DNA of 64,000 nucleotides, from positions 1,326 to 65,325 of the forward strand of contig JAFTFE010000095.1 in assembly GCA_017449765.1 (NCBI GenBank), given 5' to 3'. A model generated the notes under the pieces. That model worked only from the letters and a program-made list of their open reading frames with translations. It searched no databases and was not told the origin of the DNA. The DNA is from Lachnospiraceae bacterium. GTDB taxonomy: Bacteria > Bacillota > Clostridia > Lachnospirales > Lachnospiraceae. A program made the translations under genes and the position numbers. Each line of letters opens with the position of its first letter. Within the stretch, counting starts at the first letter, position 1. Positions 26,922 through 37,590 of this stretch are shown piece after piece.

Positions 26922-29903
26922 ATGCAATCAAAAAGTTTATTAAATGAAAAAAAATCTAATAATGACAAAAGTGCAAAAAAGGGAAACAAGATTTTTCTTG
27001 TTTTCTTTTCTTTGTTTTTTATAACATCTATAACAGTATTATTTTTTTGCAGAAGATGGGTTTCGCAATCTGCTTTTAAAAACTATGTACTTGATGAGGT
27101 TTCTGATGTTACGATAGATGATGTTGGCAATATATATGTTATTTCCGATGCCGCACAAACTGTGCTTAAGCTTTCATCTGATGGTGAACTGATTGAAAAG
27201 ATAGGTGCTTCAGAACTCGGACTCGGTTCAATTAACGGTATAATATCATCAAAAAACGGTAAATTATATCTTTATGAAAAGACTATAGATAAAGGGATTA
27301 TAATAGAAAAAGAAAGTATATATGAGCTTGATTTTTCCGCACACGAGATAAAAAACATAGACAAAATATCCGCAAAAGAGGATATGGTAAGAAATTCCAT
27401 AATAGGCTTGTCAAAGACCGATACAGGTATACGTTACATAAAAAAAGAAGCGGATACGTTACTTTCATTTGATGAAACAGGATATAACATGATTGATTAT
27501 CCTTTGGCAGATGCTGAAAGAAACGTGCTTTGTGCTGTGACGGATGAATCCGGAAAGGAAATATATTATGCAGTTTATAGCGGAAGGGTTTATCACTATG
27601 TTGATGGTATAAATGATGAGCTTATCTATGACAGCGACACGGTGACCGGAAGCATTCCTAACGATATTTGCTTTGATAACGGCAATTTGTATGTGACAGA
27701 TATAGGCTTAAAGGATATTATTGTTATTGATTTAAGCAGCAAAGAAGTATCAAGAAAAGCCGTATATGAGGAAATCGGTGACCGTTATACCGAATATTAT
27801 GTATATGCATCTGAAAAAGGCATGGTTTCAACCGGTGAATTTTCCGTAACAATCTGGAATGATAATTGTGATTATTTATTTGAGTTAAAGCTTGGTACGG
27901 CTGTAAAATTCAAAATTATAATTGTATGGATTTCGATTGTTTATCTCGGAGTATGCCTTTTGGCTATGGCTATCAGAATTTTGATATATGTCAAAAAGAA
28001 ATCAAGCTTTTATTCCAAGGTTACATTTTTGATTTTTGCCGGTGTTGTTTTACTTGTTGTTCTTTTACTTGGAACGCTTTTTCCTGAGTTTACAGCACAG
28101 CTTACGGACCAGATATACGAGAAGGAAACTCTTGCTGCGGCCGTTGCTTCAGAACGTATACCGAAAGATTCTTTCCTTGCACTTGAAAAGCCGTCGGATT
28201 TTATGAACGAGGATTATATCGGAGTACGTGATGCTGTATATAGTGTGTTTAATAATGATATGGAAAAAGCTGATGAGCTTTATTGTGTTTTATACCGTGT
28301 AATAGACGGAACGGTAACCATGACTTACACGATGACCGATACAAGTGTACTTTATCCTTATGACTGGGAATATGAAGGTACTGATATGCAGGATCTTATG
28401 GATAATGGTAACACAAAAAGATACAGCAATAAAGACAGTACCGGAAGCTATCTTTTTGTGCACTATCCTATATACGGAGATGATGGAAAGCCTATAGGTT
28501 TTATAGAGGTTGGTACTGACCTTAACTCGGTAAATGAGAGAAATAAAAAAATCCTCATTTCACTCCTTTTAAATATCCTTGCTATGACTATCGTTATAAT
28601 AATGTTTGTGACGGAGCTCATGTATTATGTAAAGGATAAAAAAGAATATGAAAGTATGAAGAAAATATCTGAAAAAACAGCTGAGCTTACTCCGGGTATA
28701 TTCAGATTTATAGTTTTTCTTATATTTTTATTTGCCAATCTTACGTGTGTTATCATGCCTTTGCAGGCTATGAAGATAGTAGGTCATCAAAGCTTTTTAG
28801 GTATTTCACCTGCCATTATGGCAGCTATACCGATATCGGCTGAGACGATTTCCGGAGCGGCTTTTTCTGCAATCGGCGGAAAGGTCATACGTAAGCTTGG
28901 TGCGAAGCGTTCAATATTAGTAAGCAGTATTTTATTTACGGTCGGTCTTTTCCTAAGGGCTATACCGTACATACTGATGCTCGCTATAGGTTCGGTAATA
29001 GTCGGTGCCGGATGGGGAGTTTTGCTTATACTTGTAAATGTCCAGATTGCCAAGCTTCCTGAAGAGAAAAAGGATAAGAGCTTTGCTTATTACAGTGTAT
29101 CAAGTATATCCGGCATAAACTGCGGTGTTGTACTCGGAGGTTTTTTGGTGCAATGGTGTTCTTATATGACTATATTTTTGATAACTGCAGCGGTCAGCAT
29201 ATTACTTTATTTTGTATCTCGCAAATACCTTGCCGATAATATGCAGGATTATAAGGAAGAAGAAACAGAGAAAGTAGATAAGAGCGAGAGTCCTATCAAA
29301 TTTATACTAAGACCTGCTATTATAGGCTTCTTTATGTTGGCTTTAACACCGTTTTTGATATGCGGATATTTCCTTAATTATCTTTTCCCGATTATAGGTT
29401 CGGATTGGGGAATGTCTGAGTCTTATATAAGCTTTGCATTTATGATAACCGGTGTAATCGCACTTTGCTTCGGTACACCGTTAACAGAGCTTTTTACAAA
29501 GAGAAATCTAAGGCATTTCGGACTTGCTGTTTCTATAATCCTTTATGCTGAAGCATTCCTTTGTATAGCTGTTTTGGGTAATATTCCATCAATTCTTGTT
29601 GCACTTGTCCTGATCGGTTTTTCAAATAGCTTCGGTATACCGCTTCTTACAAGCTATTTTACCGAGCTTTCGGATGTGGAACGGTATGGATATGACAGAT
29701 CGTTTGGTGTTTACAGTCTCTTCGAAAACGGAGCACAGTCACTTGGCTCATTTGTACTTGGTTTTGTATATACTATGGGCATAAGAAAGGGTATGTTTGT
29801 GGTTCAGATTATAATAACCGTGCTTGCCTTGATATTTTTATTTACCTCAGCAGCAGAGGTTAAAAAGAAGGCTAAAAACAAAGAGGCTAATGAACAAGGC
29901 TGA
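26922..29903 (+). CDS. Membrane protein: beta-propeller-like domain + Cache-like sensor + C-terminal MFS domain
   Basis: N-terminal TM; NHL-like blades (DVTIDDVGNIYVIS, PNDICFDNGNLYVTD); two TMs; DSTGSYLFVHYPIYGDDGKPIGFIEVG; about 12 C-terminal TMs with MFS motif GGKVIRKLGAKR. Confidence 0.75.
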   Translation: MQSKSLLNEKKSNNDKSAKKGNKIFLVFFSLFFITSITVLFFCRRWVSQSAFKNYVLDEVSDVTIDDVGNIYVISDAAQTVLKLSSDGELIEKIGASELGLGSINGIISSKNGKLYLYEKTIDKGIIIEKESIYELDFSAHEIKNIDKISAKEDMVRNSIIGLSKTDTGIRYIKKEADTLLSFDETGYNMIDYPLADAERNVLCAVTDESGKEIYYAVYSGRVYHYVDGINDELIYDSDTVTGSIPNDICFDNGNLYVTDIGLKDIIVIDLSSKEVSRKAVYEEIGDRYTEYYVYASEKGMVSTGEFSVTIWNDNCDYLFELKLGTAVKFKIIIVWISIVYLGVCLLAMAIRILIYVKKKSSFYSKVTFLIFAGVVLLVVLLLGTLFPEFTAQLTDQIYEKETLAAAVASERIPKDSFLALEKPSDFMNEDYIGVRDAVYSVFNNDMEKADELYCVLYRVIDGTVTMTYTMTDTSVLYPYDWEYEGTDMQDLMDNGNTKRYSNKDSTGSYLFVHYPIYGDDGKPIGFIEVGTDLNSVNERNKKILISLLLNILAMTIVIIMFVTELMYYVKDKKEYESMKKISEKTAELTPGIFRFIVFLIFLFANLTCVIMPLQAMKIVGHQSFLGISPAIMAAIPISAETISGAAFSAIGGKVIRKLGAKRSILVSSILFTVGLFLRAIPYILMLAIGSVIVGAGWGVLLILVNVQIAKLPEEKKDKSFAYYSVSSISGINCGVVLGGFLVQWCSYMTIFLITAAVSILLYFVSRKYLADNMQDYKEEETEKVDKSESPIKFILRPAIIGFFMLALTPFLICGYFLNYLFPIIGSDWGMSESYISFAFMITGVIALCFGTPLTELFTKRNLRHFGLAVSIILYAEAFLCIAVLGNIPSILVALVLIGFSNSFGIPLLTSYFTELSDVERYGYDRSFGVYSLFENGAQSLGSFVLGFVYTMGIRKGMFVVQIIITVLALIFLFTSAAEVKKKAKNKEANEQG

Positions 29904-29994
29904 TAAACCTTAATATGAAATAGAGTAAAGATATTTAATTAAAAAAATAAATTCAAGTTATAAAGCAATTTTATAAAAAGGAGACTATATCCGT

Positions 29995-31674
29995 ATGGGT
30001 GATATGCATACAAAAAGACGTAAGGTTTCAAAGAAAAAAAAGCTTGAAAAAAGACTTATCGCACTTGTTGTGATAATGATGCTTTTTTTGTCTGTACTTT
30101 TATTGAGTGGTGCGACAATTCTAAACTGGATAGTAAATAAAAATTTTTATAATGATAAAACTCTTCAGATTGCCGGCACCGCATCCGAGATGACAGATGA
30201 GGTATATCTTATGCAATTATATGAGGCTGTTTCTACGGATGAATTCGCTGATATCTCAAGAAAAGCAAGGGAAAGCGAAAATTTTGAGCTTATAAAAAAC
30301 TGGCTTGATGAAAAAGGCATGCTTGATGGCTTCAATCATGAGATTGATAAGCTTAATATGCTTTGGGATAATATGTCAGCCGAATATATATACATTCAGG
30401 TAATAAAGGATGGAAATTGTATAACCCTGCTTGATCCTGATAATCCTTATAATTCACTTGGAGTTGTAGAAGGTCTTGAGGGTGGTGCCTTTGAAAAAAT
30501 AAGCGGCAACGTAGAGGTTGAGCCTATCAGATCAAAGACTAAGTATGGTTGGCTTTCTACAGGCGGTGAGCCGGTTTATAGTGAATCAGGTGAAGCATTT
30601 GCAATTGCTTTTTGCGATCTTGATGTTACCAATATGGTTAAGACAACAATAAGATTTGTAATTATAGATGCTGTTATCAGTATTACCATGTTGGCTATAG
30701 TTGTTGCGGTTATGTCCGTAAATATCAAGAAAAGCGTTACATCACCTATCGAACAGCTGACGGATGCTGTTGACAGCTTTGGTACAAATGAGGAGGAATA
30801 TACAAAGGATAAGATTGTTACACTTGATATACATACCGGGGATGAGATTGAAGAGCTTTATAATGCAACCAGATTTATGCAGGGCAGTCTTATAGATTAT
30901 ATGGATAACCTTACGGCGGTAACAGCCGAAAAGGAGAGAATAGGTGCAGAGCTTGACGTAGCAACACGTATCCAGGCAAGCATGCTTCCAAGAATCTATC
31001 CGGCATTCCCTGATAGAGATGAATTTGATATATATGCATCCATGGATCCTGCTAAAGAAGTCGGTGGAGACTTTTATGATTATTTCTTAATTGATGAGGA
31101 TCATCTCGGACTTGTGGTCGCAGATGTTTCCGGAAAGGGAATTCCTGCATCGCTGTTTATGATGATGAGCAAGATTATTATATCAAATTATGCACAGATG
31201 GGGCTTTCTCCTGCCGAGGTTTTGGAAAAAACCAATGACAGCATATGCGATGGCAACGATGAGGATATGTTTGTAACTGTATGGTTTGGAATACTTGAGA
31301 TATCAACCGGACATGTTGTAGCAGGAAACGCTGGTCATGAATATCCTATGATACGAGGTAAAAACGGAGATTTTACGGTATTTGAGGACAGTCACGATTT
31401 TGTAATCGGAGGTATGGCGTGTATGCCTTATTCTCAATATGAATTTGATATCGAAAAGGGCGGAACGCTCTTCTTATATACCGATGGATGTCCTGAAGCA
31501 ACCGATGCCCATGATGAGCTTTTCGGTATGGAACGTATGCTAGAGGCATTAAATAAAGAACCTGACGCAGAGCCTAAGAAGCTTTTGGAAAATATGAGAA
31601 GTGCGGTAGACGAATTTGTCGGTGAAGCACCACAGTTTGATGATTTGACTATGATGGCTGTAAAGCTTTATTAA
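29995..31674 (+). CDS. SpoIIE/RsbU-family PP2C phosphatase with sensor and HAMP domains
   Basis: EVGGDFYD, ADVSGKG, MFVT, NAGHE, YTDG, QFDDLT. Confidence 0.92.
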   Translation: MGDMHTKRRKVSKKKKLEKRLIALVVIMMLFLSVLLLSGATILNWIVNKNFYNDKTLQIAGTASEMTDEVYLMQLYEAVSTDEFADISRKARESENFELIKNWLDEKGMLDGFNHEIDKLNMLWDNMSAEYIYIQVIKDGNCITLLDPDNPYNSLGVVEGLEGGAFEKISGNVEVEPIRSKTKYGWLSTGGEPVYSESGEAFAIAFCDLDVTNMVKTTIRFVIIDAVISITMLAIVVAVMSVNIKKSVTSPIEQLTDAVDSFGTNEEEYTKDKIVTLDIHTGDEIEELYNATRFMQGSLIDYMDNLTAVTAEKERIGAELDVATRIQASMLPRIYPAFPDRDEFDIYASMDPAKEVGGDFYDYFLIDEDHLGLVVADVSGKGIPASLFMMMSKIIISNYAQMGLSPAEVLEKTNDSICDGNDEDMFVTVWFGILEISTGHVVAGNAGHEYPMIRGKNGDFTVFEDSHDFVIGGMACMPYSQYEFDIEKGGTLFLYTDGCPEATDAHDELFGMERMLEALNKEPDAEPKKLLENMRSAVDEFVGEAPQFDDLTMMAVKLY

Positions 31675-31753
31675 AATATTTAATTAAAATTGTTTGAGTG
31701 AAAATAATTCAGGTTAAAATAATGATTTATATGCAATTGAGAGGAGGAATTGT

Positions 31754-32170
31754 ATGAGTAAAAAAGAGCAACTCGATATTGAAGCCCTTGTGGAAAATCT
31801 TCCGCAGGTTTTGGAATTTGTGGATGAAAAGCTTGAGGCAAAGGATTGTCCGATGGCTGTTAAAATTCAGATTGACATAGCGGTAGAGGAGATATTTGTA
31901 AATATCGCAAGCTATGCATATAATCCTGAGACAGGCCCGGCTATTATAGAGGTAGAAGTAATAGATGAGCCACTTTCAGTAGAGCTTACATTTATAGATA
32001 AAGGAGTTCAATATGATCCTCTTGCAAAGGAAGACCCTGATATTACCCTATCTGCCGAGGAAAGAGGTATAGGCGGTCTCGGTATATTTATGGTAAAGCA
32101 GTCTATGGACAATGTGGAGTATGAATATAAAAACGGTAAAAATATTTTAACGATAAAAAAGAATTTTTAG
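31754..32170 (+). CDS. RsbW/SpoIIAB-like anti-sigma factor kinase
   Basis: IAVEEIFVNIASYAY, FIDKG, GGLGIFMV. Confidence 0.9.
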   Translation: MSKKEQLDIEALVENLPQVLEFVDEKLEAKDCPMAVKIQIDIAVEEIFVNIASYAYNPETGPAIIEVEVIDEPLSVELTFIDKGVQYDPLAKEDPDITLSAEERGIGGLGIFMVKQSMDNVEYEYKNGKNILTIKKNF

Positions 32171-32223
32171 TTAGTTTCTTTTTGATATATTTTAAAAGCA
32201 TTCGTTGCGGAGGAGCTTAACCA

Positions 32224-33585
32224 ATGATTTTTTTGAAACATTATCAGACTGATATGATGCTGGTACTTATAGGCGCTTTGGGGCTTGTTACGATTTTAAT
32301 AATTTTAACCAAAACCCTTTCCAAAAGCAAAAGACGTGATTTATTGTTTATGAGTTTATGCTCTATGCTTATTCTTTTAGCCGATATAGAAGCATACAGA
32401 TATAGAGGTAATGAGAGTGTGGCAGGCTTTTGGATGGTGCGTATATGTAATTTTCTTTTGTTTTTTCTTCTATTGTTATATATTTATGCTTTTAATATGT
32501 ATATTATGGATGCCCTTTTCGACGAGGAGAAAAATAAAAAAATACCTTTGGGCTTGATTGTTTCAAAAATAATCATATTGATAGGTGCTTTACTTGTTAT
32601 AATATCGCAATTTACAGGCTTATATTATACATTTGATGAGCATAACAGGTATCAGAGGTCGCAGGGCTTTGTAATCGGTTATATATTTCCGATTGCTGTT
32701 TTGATAATTCAATTATTTACGATAGTAAAACATCGCAAGGCATTAAGCAGGGGTATTTACATATCACTTTTGATTTTTACGATTATGCCGCTTTTGGCAT
32801 CGGTGGCACAGGCATTTGCCTACGGACTTTCTCTTATCAATATGACTATGGTCTGGATGGTAATAATCCTATATTTCTTTGCTGTGGTTGATATGAATAA
32901 AAAGGTAGAACAGGCAAGAAAGCTTGAGATGGATTATCTCATAAAAGAAAAAGGTCAGCTGCGTGAATTCTTAAAGCAGGTATCACTGGCGTTTGCAAAA
33001 ACCATTGATATGAAGGATGAGTATACAAACGGTCACTCTTTTCGTGTTGCAAAGTATACTGCGGAGTTATCAAAGGAGCTTGGATATGATGCTGATACTG
33101 TTGAAAGATTTGCCTATGTTGCGCTTTTACATGATATCGGTAAAATCGGAATTCCCGATGAGATATTAAATAAACCGGAACAACTTACAGATGAGGAATT
33201 CGGTATAATTAAATCCCATACAACTCTTGGATATAATGTACTTAAGGATATTTCTATGATTCCGGAAATAGCGGACGGAGCCGGATATCATCATGAAAGA
33301 CCGGATGGAAAGGGTTATCCAAACGGACTTAAGGAGGATGAAATACCGCGTGTTGCACAGATTATCGCCGTTGCGGATACCTTTGATGCTATGTACAGTG
33401 ACCGTAAATACAGAAAGAGGATGAATTTTGAAAAGGCGGTTTCAATCATAAAGGAAGGTTCGGGAACGCAGCTAAAGGCTGATGTGGTAGATGCTTTTTT
33501 ACGGTTGGTTGATAAGGGTATGCTTAAGGCACCGGATGATGATGGTGAAGGCAGTATGACGGAAATTAATAATATTAAGGAATAA
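32224..33585 (+). CDS. Membrane-bound HD-GYP cyclic-dinucleotide phosphodiesterase
   Basis: About 7 TM N-terminus; KDEYTNGHSFRVA, LLHDIGKIG, HHERPDGKGYP, VADTFDAM. Confidence 0.92.
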   Translation: MIFLKHYQTDMMLVLIGALGLVTILIILTKTLSKSKRRDLLFMSLCSMLILLADIEAYRYRGNESVAGFWMVRICNFLLFFLLLLYIYAFNMYIMDALFDEEKNKKIPLGLIVSKIIILIGALLVIISQFTGLYYTFDEHNRYQRSQGFVIGYIFPIAVLIIQLFTIVKHRKALSRGIYISLLIFTIMPLLASVAQAFAYGLSLINMTMVWMVIILYFFAVVDMNKKVEQARKLEMDYLIKEKGQLREFLKQVSLAFAKTIDMKDEYTNGHSFRVAKYTAELSKELGYDADTVERFAYVALLHDIGKIGIPDEILNKPEQLTDEEFGIIKSHTTLGYNVLKDISMIPEIADGAGYHHERPDGKGYPNGLKEDEIPRVAQIIAVADTFDAMYSDRKYRKRMNFEKAVSIIKEGSGTQLKADVVDAFLRLVDKGMLKAPDDDGEGSMTEINNIKE

Positions 33586-33656
33586 AGTATTTTATTTGTG
33601 AATTAATATGATTTATAATTATAAATTAATATGATATGTTGACTATATGGTAGGAG

Positions 33657-34298
33657 ATGGATATGAATACAGATATTATTAATGTAAACAGCAACGGTGA
33701 AGGTAAAGAGCAGGCACTTGATGCGGTTATTGGATTTGCAAGGGATTTGGGACTTGATAGAAAAAGCTCATTAAGACTGAGACTTCTTGCTGAAGAAGCA
33801 CTTGGAATGGTTAATTCCATAACAGGCGATTTTAATGCCAAATTCTGGCTTGAAAGTAAGGATGATAATGTATGTCTTATACATCTTATAGCATCTGCAA
33901 GGATGAATGCTGAAAAAAAGAATGAGTTTATTAAGACCTCATCTGATAAGAAAAATTCTGCTGCAAAGGGTGTTATGGGTAAGATAAGGGAGATTATCGA
34001 AAATGGTCTTTATAACCTTGATTCTGTAAGTGGTAAGGTGGTTAATTACGGAAACAGGATTTTTATGTATGGTACTTCAGGAAAGGTTGATATGGAAAAT
34101 TTTGCTATGGATTCATGCATCAGTGTGTGGTCTATGGAAAAATACAAAAAAAGCCTTGATGAAGCTAAAAATGATGATGAGATAGCAGAAGAAGCCTGGG
34201 ATGAGTTGGAAAAATCTATAGTTGCCAATCTTGCAGATGATATAAAGGTCGGGATAAGCGGTGATAAGGTTGAACTTTTGATTGAAAAAAAATTTTAG
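33657..34298 (+). CDS. Degenerate anti-sigma/HATPase-like hypothetical protein
   Basis: LRLLAEEALGM and DELEKSIVANLADDIKV recall the N- and C-terminal RsbW segments; no ATP-lid glycines. Confidence 0.6.
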   Translation: MDMNTDIINVNSNGEGKEQALDAVIGFARDLGLDRKSSLRLRLLAEEALGMVNSITGDFNAKFWLESKDDNVCLIHLIASARMNAEKKNEFIKTSSDKKNSAAKGVMGKIREIIENGLYNLDSVSGKVVNYGNRIFMYGTSGKVDMENFAMDSCISVWSMEKYKKSLDEAKNDDEIAEEAWDELEKSIVANLADDIKVGISGDKVELLIEKKF

Positions 34299-34355
34299 AC
34301 TATAAAGAATTCATCATATATAATGGGAAGAATTAAAATTGGGAGAATATATAGC

Positions 34356-34763
34356 ATGAAGGTGATAGAGGTTGAAGCCGTTAAAGACAATCTTGAAAAA
34401 ATAATTGACTTTATAAAAGATGAGCTTTCTGATTTCGATTGTCCTTCTAAAACAATTATGAAAATTAGACTTGCTGTTGAAGAAATATTTGTCAATATTG
34501 CAAGCTATGCTTATTCTGAAAAATCAGGAAATGTTACTATAGGTGTTGATATTGTCAACAATCCTAAAGCTGTTGTTATTACATTTACTGATAATGGAAA
34601 AAAATTCAACCCATTATTAAAGGAAGACCCAAGGCTTGATATTCCGATTGAGGATAGAAAAGAAGGCGGACTTGGAATATATCTTGTAAAAAACAGCATG
34701 GATGAATATGCTTATAATTATAAAAAAAATCAAAATAATTTAATTATAAAAAAATTCTTATAA
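34356..34763 (+). CDS. RsbW/SpoIIAB-like anti-sigma factor kinase
   Basis: LAVEEIFVNIASYAY, FTDNG, GGLGIYLV. Start moved to ATG after GGGAG. Confidence 0.9.
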   Translation: MKVIEVEAVKDNLEKIIDFIKDELSDFDCPSKTIMKIRLAVEEIFVNIASYAYSEKSGNVTIGVDIVNNPKAVVITFTDNGKKFNPLLKEDPRLDIPIEDRKEGGLGIYLVKNSMDEYAYNYKKNQNNLIIKKFL

Positions 34764-34781
34764 TTAACGGAGGATTAAATA

Positions 34782-35081
34782 ATGCTTAATATAATTGATA
34801 AACGAGAAAATGACAAACTAATTATAAAGATTGAGGGGACGCTTGATACGCTGACTGCACCGGAGTTTAAAGCAAAGCTAAAAGTTGCACTTTCCGGTAT
34901 AACGAGTCTTGTAATAGATATGGAAAAGCTTGAGTACATTTCAAGCGATGGCCTTCGGGTTTTGGTATTTGCACAAAAGACTATGAGTAAGCAGGGCAGT
35001 ATGATTGTAAAAAATGTCTCGGAGGATATTATGGAGATATTTGAAATCACTAATTTTAGTGATTTTTTAACTATAGAGTAA
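34782..35081 (+). CDS. STAS-domain anti-anti-sigma factor
   Basis: GTLDTLTAP, LEYISSDGLRVL, EIFEIT. Confidence 0.9.
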   Translation: MLNIIDKRENDKLIIKIEGTLDTLTAPEFKAKLKVALSGITSLVIDMEKLEYISSDGLRVLVFAQKTMSKQGSMIVKNVSEDIMEIFEITNFSDFLTIE

Positions 35082-35188
35082 AAATATGTATAAATATACG
35101 TTAATAGTTGATAATTAGAAAAAAATATATTGGCATTTTTAAGCTGAATAAGAAATATAGATGGCAGTTTATATCACGGAGAAACAGA

Positions 35189-36901
35189 ATGAGTAAGATA
35201 CATAAAAAATCAGTCAGGGAAATGAATAAAATTGAGAGAAAAAAGAATTCTCTTGCTGCTAAGGTTTTTAATGCATCAGCAGTTCATTCTCTTATATTGG
35301 GACTAATATGCTTTGTAATCGGTCTTGGTATGTATATGAATGCATCCATGCAGGAGACAATGAAAGAAGCATATGATAATGCATATGAAAGTCTTGAATC
35401 TTTAAAAAAAGAGGTTGACCCGGGAAAATATTCAAAAAGGACAATGGAGATATATAAAGAGCATAGTAATGAGAAAGCAGATGAGTCTTACTATGCTTAT
35501 TTTGATGAAATAAATAACGATGAGGATTATCAGCGTATGCTGGAAATTTTACGCAGTGAAAGAACTGATGAAATGTCTGATTTCTTTTTTGCCGTAGCAG
35601 ACGAAAAAAAAGGAAAACTTGTTATAGTTGCGGATACAGATCCAAGACCTGACCATGTCTATCCTATCGGTAGACAAAGAAGTGTTCCCGGATGGTTTCA
35701 GAGGTATTTTTTTAAGCGTGGTAACGGGACGTTCCCAAGAACCTATTATTTCCTCCCTAACAGGGGTGTAATATGTGTAAGCGGAGCTTATATAAGTGAA
35801 GGTGATCCGTCGGCAGGCTTCTTGTTTGTGGTAGTGCGTGCGTCAGATGCGTTAAACGGTGTTTGGAAATTTGTGGTTCAGTATATCGTGGCTATTTTAT
35901 TTGCCATACTTGTTATGGGACGTGTTATGGCAAAACGTATGGAAAAAACTCTTGTTAAGCCGATTAACGATATAGCCAAAGCAGCTAAGGCATATGCAAC
36001 GGATAAACAGGATGGTAAGCTTGATACAGAACATTTTTCTTTACTTAGCATTAAGACAGGTGATGAGATAGAAAACTTAAGTCTTGTAATGTCAGACATG
36101 GAAAAGGACCTTGCAGAGCATGAGAAAAATCTGACACGGATTATTGCAGAAAAGGAACGTATAAGTACGGAGCTTTCTGTGGCTGCAAAAATCCAGTCGG
36201 ATATGCTTCCGGGCACATTTCCTGCATTTCCTGACAGAAAGGAATTTGATATATATGCCACTATGGATCCTGCAAAGGAGGTTGGCGGCGATTTTTATGA
36301 TTTCTTTTTAATAGATAAAGATCATTTATGCATGATTATGGCGGATGTTTCGGGTAAGGGAGTTCCTGCGGCACTTTTTATGATGGCTGCAAAGATTATG
36401 CTTGACAATAATGCTATGGCAGGTAAGTCGCCGGCTCAGATACTATTTGATACCAATAATATGATATGCGCAAATAACCAAGAGGATATGTTTGTTACGG
36501 TATGGCTTGGCATACTTGAGATTTCGACAGGAAAGCTTACTGCGGCCAATGCCGGACATGAATTTCCTATTTTTAAAAGGTCTGACGGCGGTTATGAGAT
36601 TTATCAGGATAAGCATGGTTTTGTAATTGGACTTATGGAGGGCGCAAAATATAATGAATATGAGATAATGATGACACCCGGAGCAAAGATATTCTTATAC
36701 ACAGACGGTATACCGGAGGCAAAGGATGCTGCCGGCAATATGTTTGGTATGGGTAGACTTGTTGCATCGCTTAATAAGGATATAGAAATATCTGCTGAAC
36801 AAACAATAAAGGATGTTCGTTTTACGGTTGACAAGCATGTTAAAGATACGGTTCAGTTCGATGATCTTACTATGCTTTGTATGGAGTATAAGGGTAAATA
36901 A
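35189..36901 (+). CDS. SpoIIE/RsbU-family PP2C phosphatase with sensor and HAMP domains
   Basis: EVGGDFYD, ADVSGKG, NAGHE, YTDG, QFDDLT. Start moved to ATG after GGAG. Confidence 0.92.
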   Translation: MSKIHKKSVREMNKIERKKNSLAAKVFNASAVHSLILGLICFVIGLGMYMNASMQETMKEAYDNAYESLESLKKEVDPGKYSKRTMEIYKEHSNEKADESYYAYFDEINNDEDYQRMLEILRSERTDEMSDFFFAVADEKKGKLVIVADTDPRPDHVYPIGRQRSVPGWFQRYFFKRGNGTFPRTYYFLPNRGVICVSGAYISEGDPSAGFLFVVVRASDALNGVWKFVVQYIVAILFAILVMGRVMAKRMEKTLVKPINDIAKAAKAYATDKQDGKLDTEHFSLLSIKTGDEIENLSLVMSDMEKDLAEHEKNLTRIIAEKERISTELSVAAKIQSDMLPGTFPAFPDRKEFDIYATMDPAKEVGGDFYDFFLIDKDHLCMIMADVSGKGVPAALFMMAAKIMLDNNAMAGKSPAQILFDTNNMICANNQEDMFVTVWLGILEISTGKLTAANAGHEFPIFKRSDGGYEIYQDKHGFVIGLMEGAKYNEYEIMMTPGAKIFLYTDGIPEAKDAAGNMFGMGRLVASLNKDIEISAEQTIKDVRFTVDKHVKDTVQFDDLTMLCMEYKGK

Positions 36902-36922
36902 TAAATGTCTTCCGGTTGACGT

Positions 36923-37486
36923 ATGAAGCAAGAGATGGTGAAGATGGAAATTGTAAGGATTAATAATAAAATTGAATACAAGCGTATAAAGTCTCTATAT
37001 CTTGAGGCTTTTCCAAAGGTTGAGAGAGCTCCTTTTTTACTTTTAAAAAGAAGAGCAAAAAAGAATAAAGCGGATGTTTTAAATTTTGTGGATAATGGAG
37101 AGTGGCTTGGATTTGCATATGTAATATCCGATGAATATCTGGCATATCTGTTTTATTTTGCAATTGATAGTAGGTTTAGGGGCAAAGGCTATGGCTCTGA
37201 AGCAATCAGAAGGATTATGGATTATTATAAAGAAAAAAAGCTTTTCCTTGCTTTGGAGGACTGGAGAGATGCATCCGACAATCCGGATCAGCGAAATCGT
37301 AGGCATATGTTTTATAAAAAAAACGGCTTAAAGGTTTTACCTTACAGGCTTAAAGAGGCTGGCATGATTTATGCAATGATGGGAGCGTGTGAAAGGATTG
37401 AACCAAATGAATATAAGGCGATGATTAACGGCTGGCTCGGCTGGCCGCTTAAATTGATGGATGATATGAAAATTATAATAGAATAA
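36923..37486 (+). CDS. GNAT acetyltransferase
   Basis: YFAIDSRFRGKGYGS; RRHMFYKKNG. Confidence 0.85.
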   Translation: MKQEMVKMEIVRINNKIEYKRIKSLYLEAFPKVERAPFLLLKRRAKKNKADVLNFVDNGEWLGFAYVISDEYLAYLFYFAIDSRFRGKGYGSEAIRRIMDYYKEKKLFLALEDWRDASDNPDQRNRRHMFYKKNGLKVLPYRLKEAGMIYAMMGACERIEPNEYKAMINGWLGWPLKLMDDMKIIIE

Positions 37487-37590
37487 TTGGTTTATTATAG
37501 AAGTTTTTGACAATATAAATAATAATTTACTGATTTGACACATCTAAAAAAAATAATAATATTCACTCAGATAAAGGAGGATAATATATT

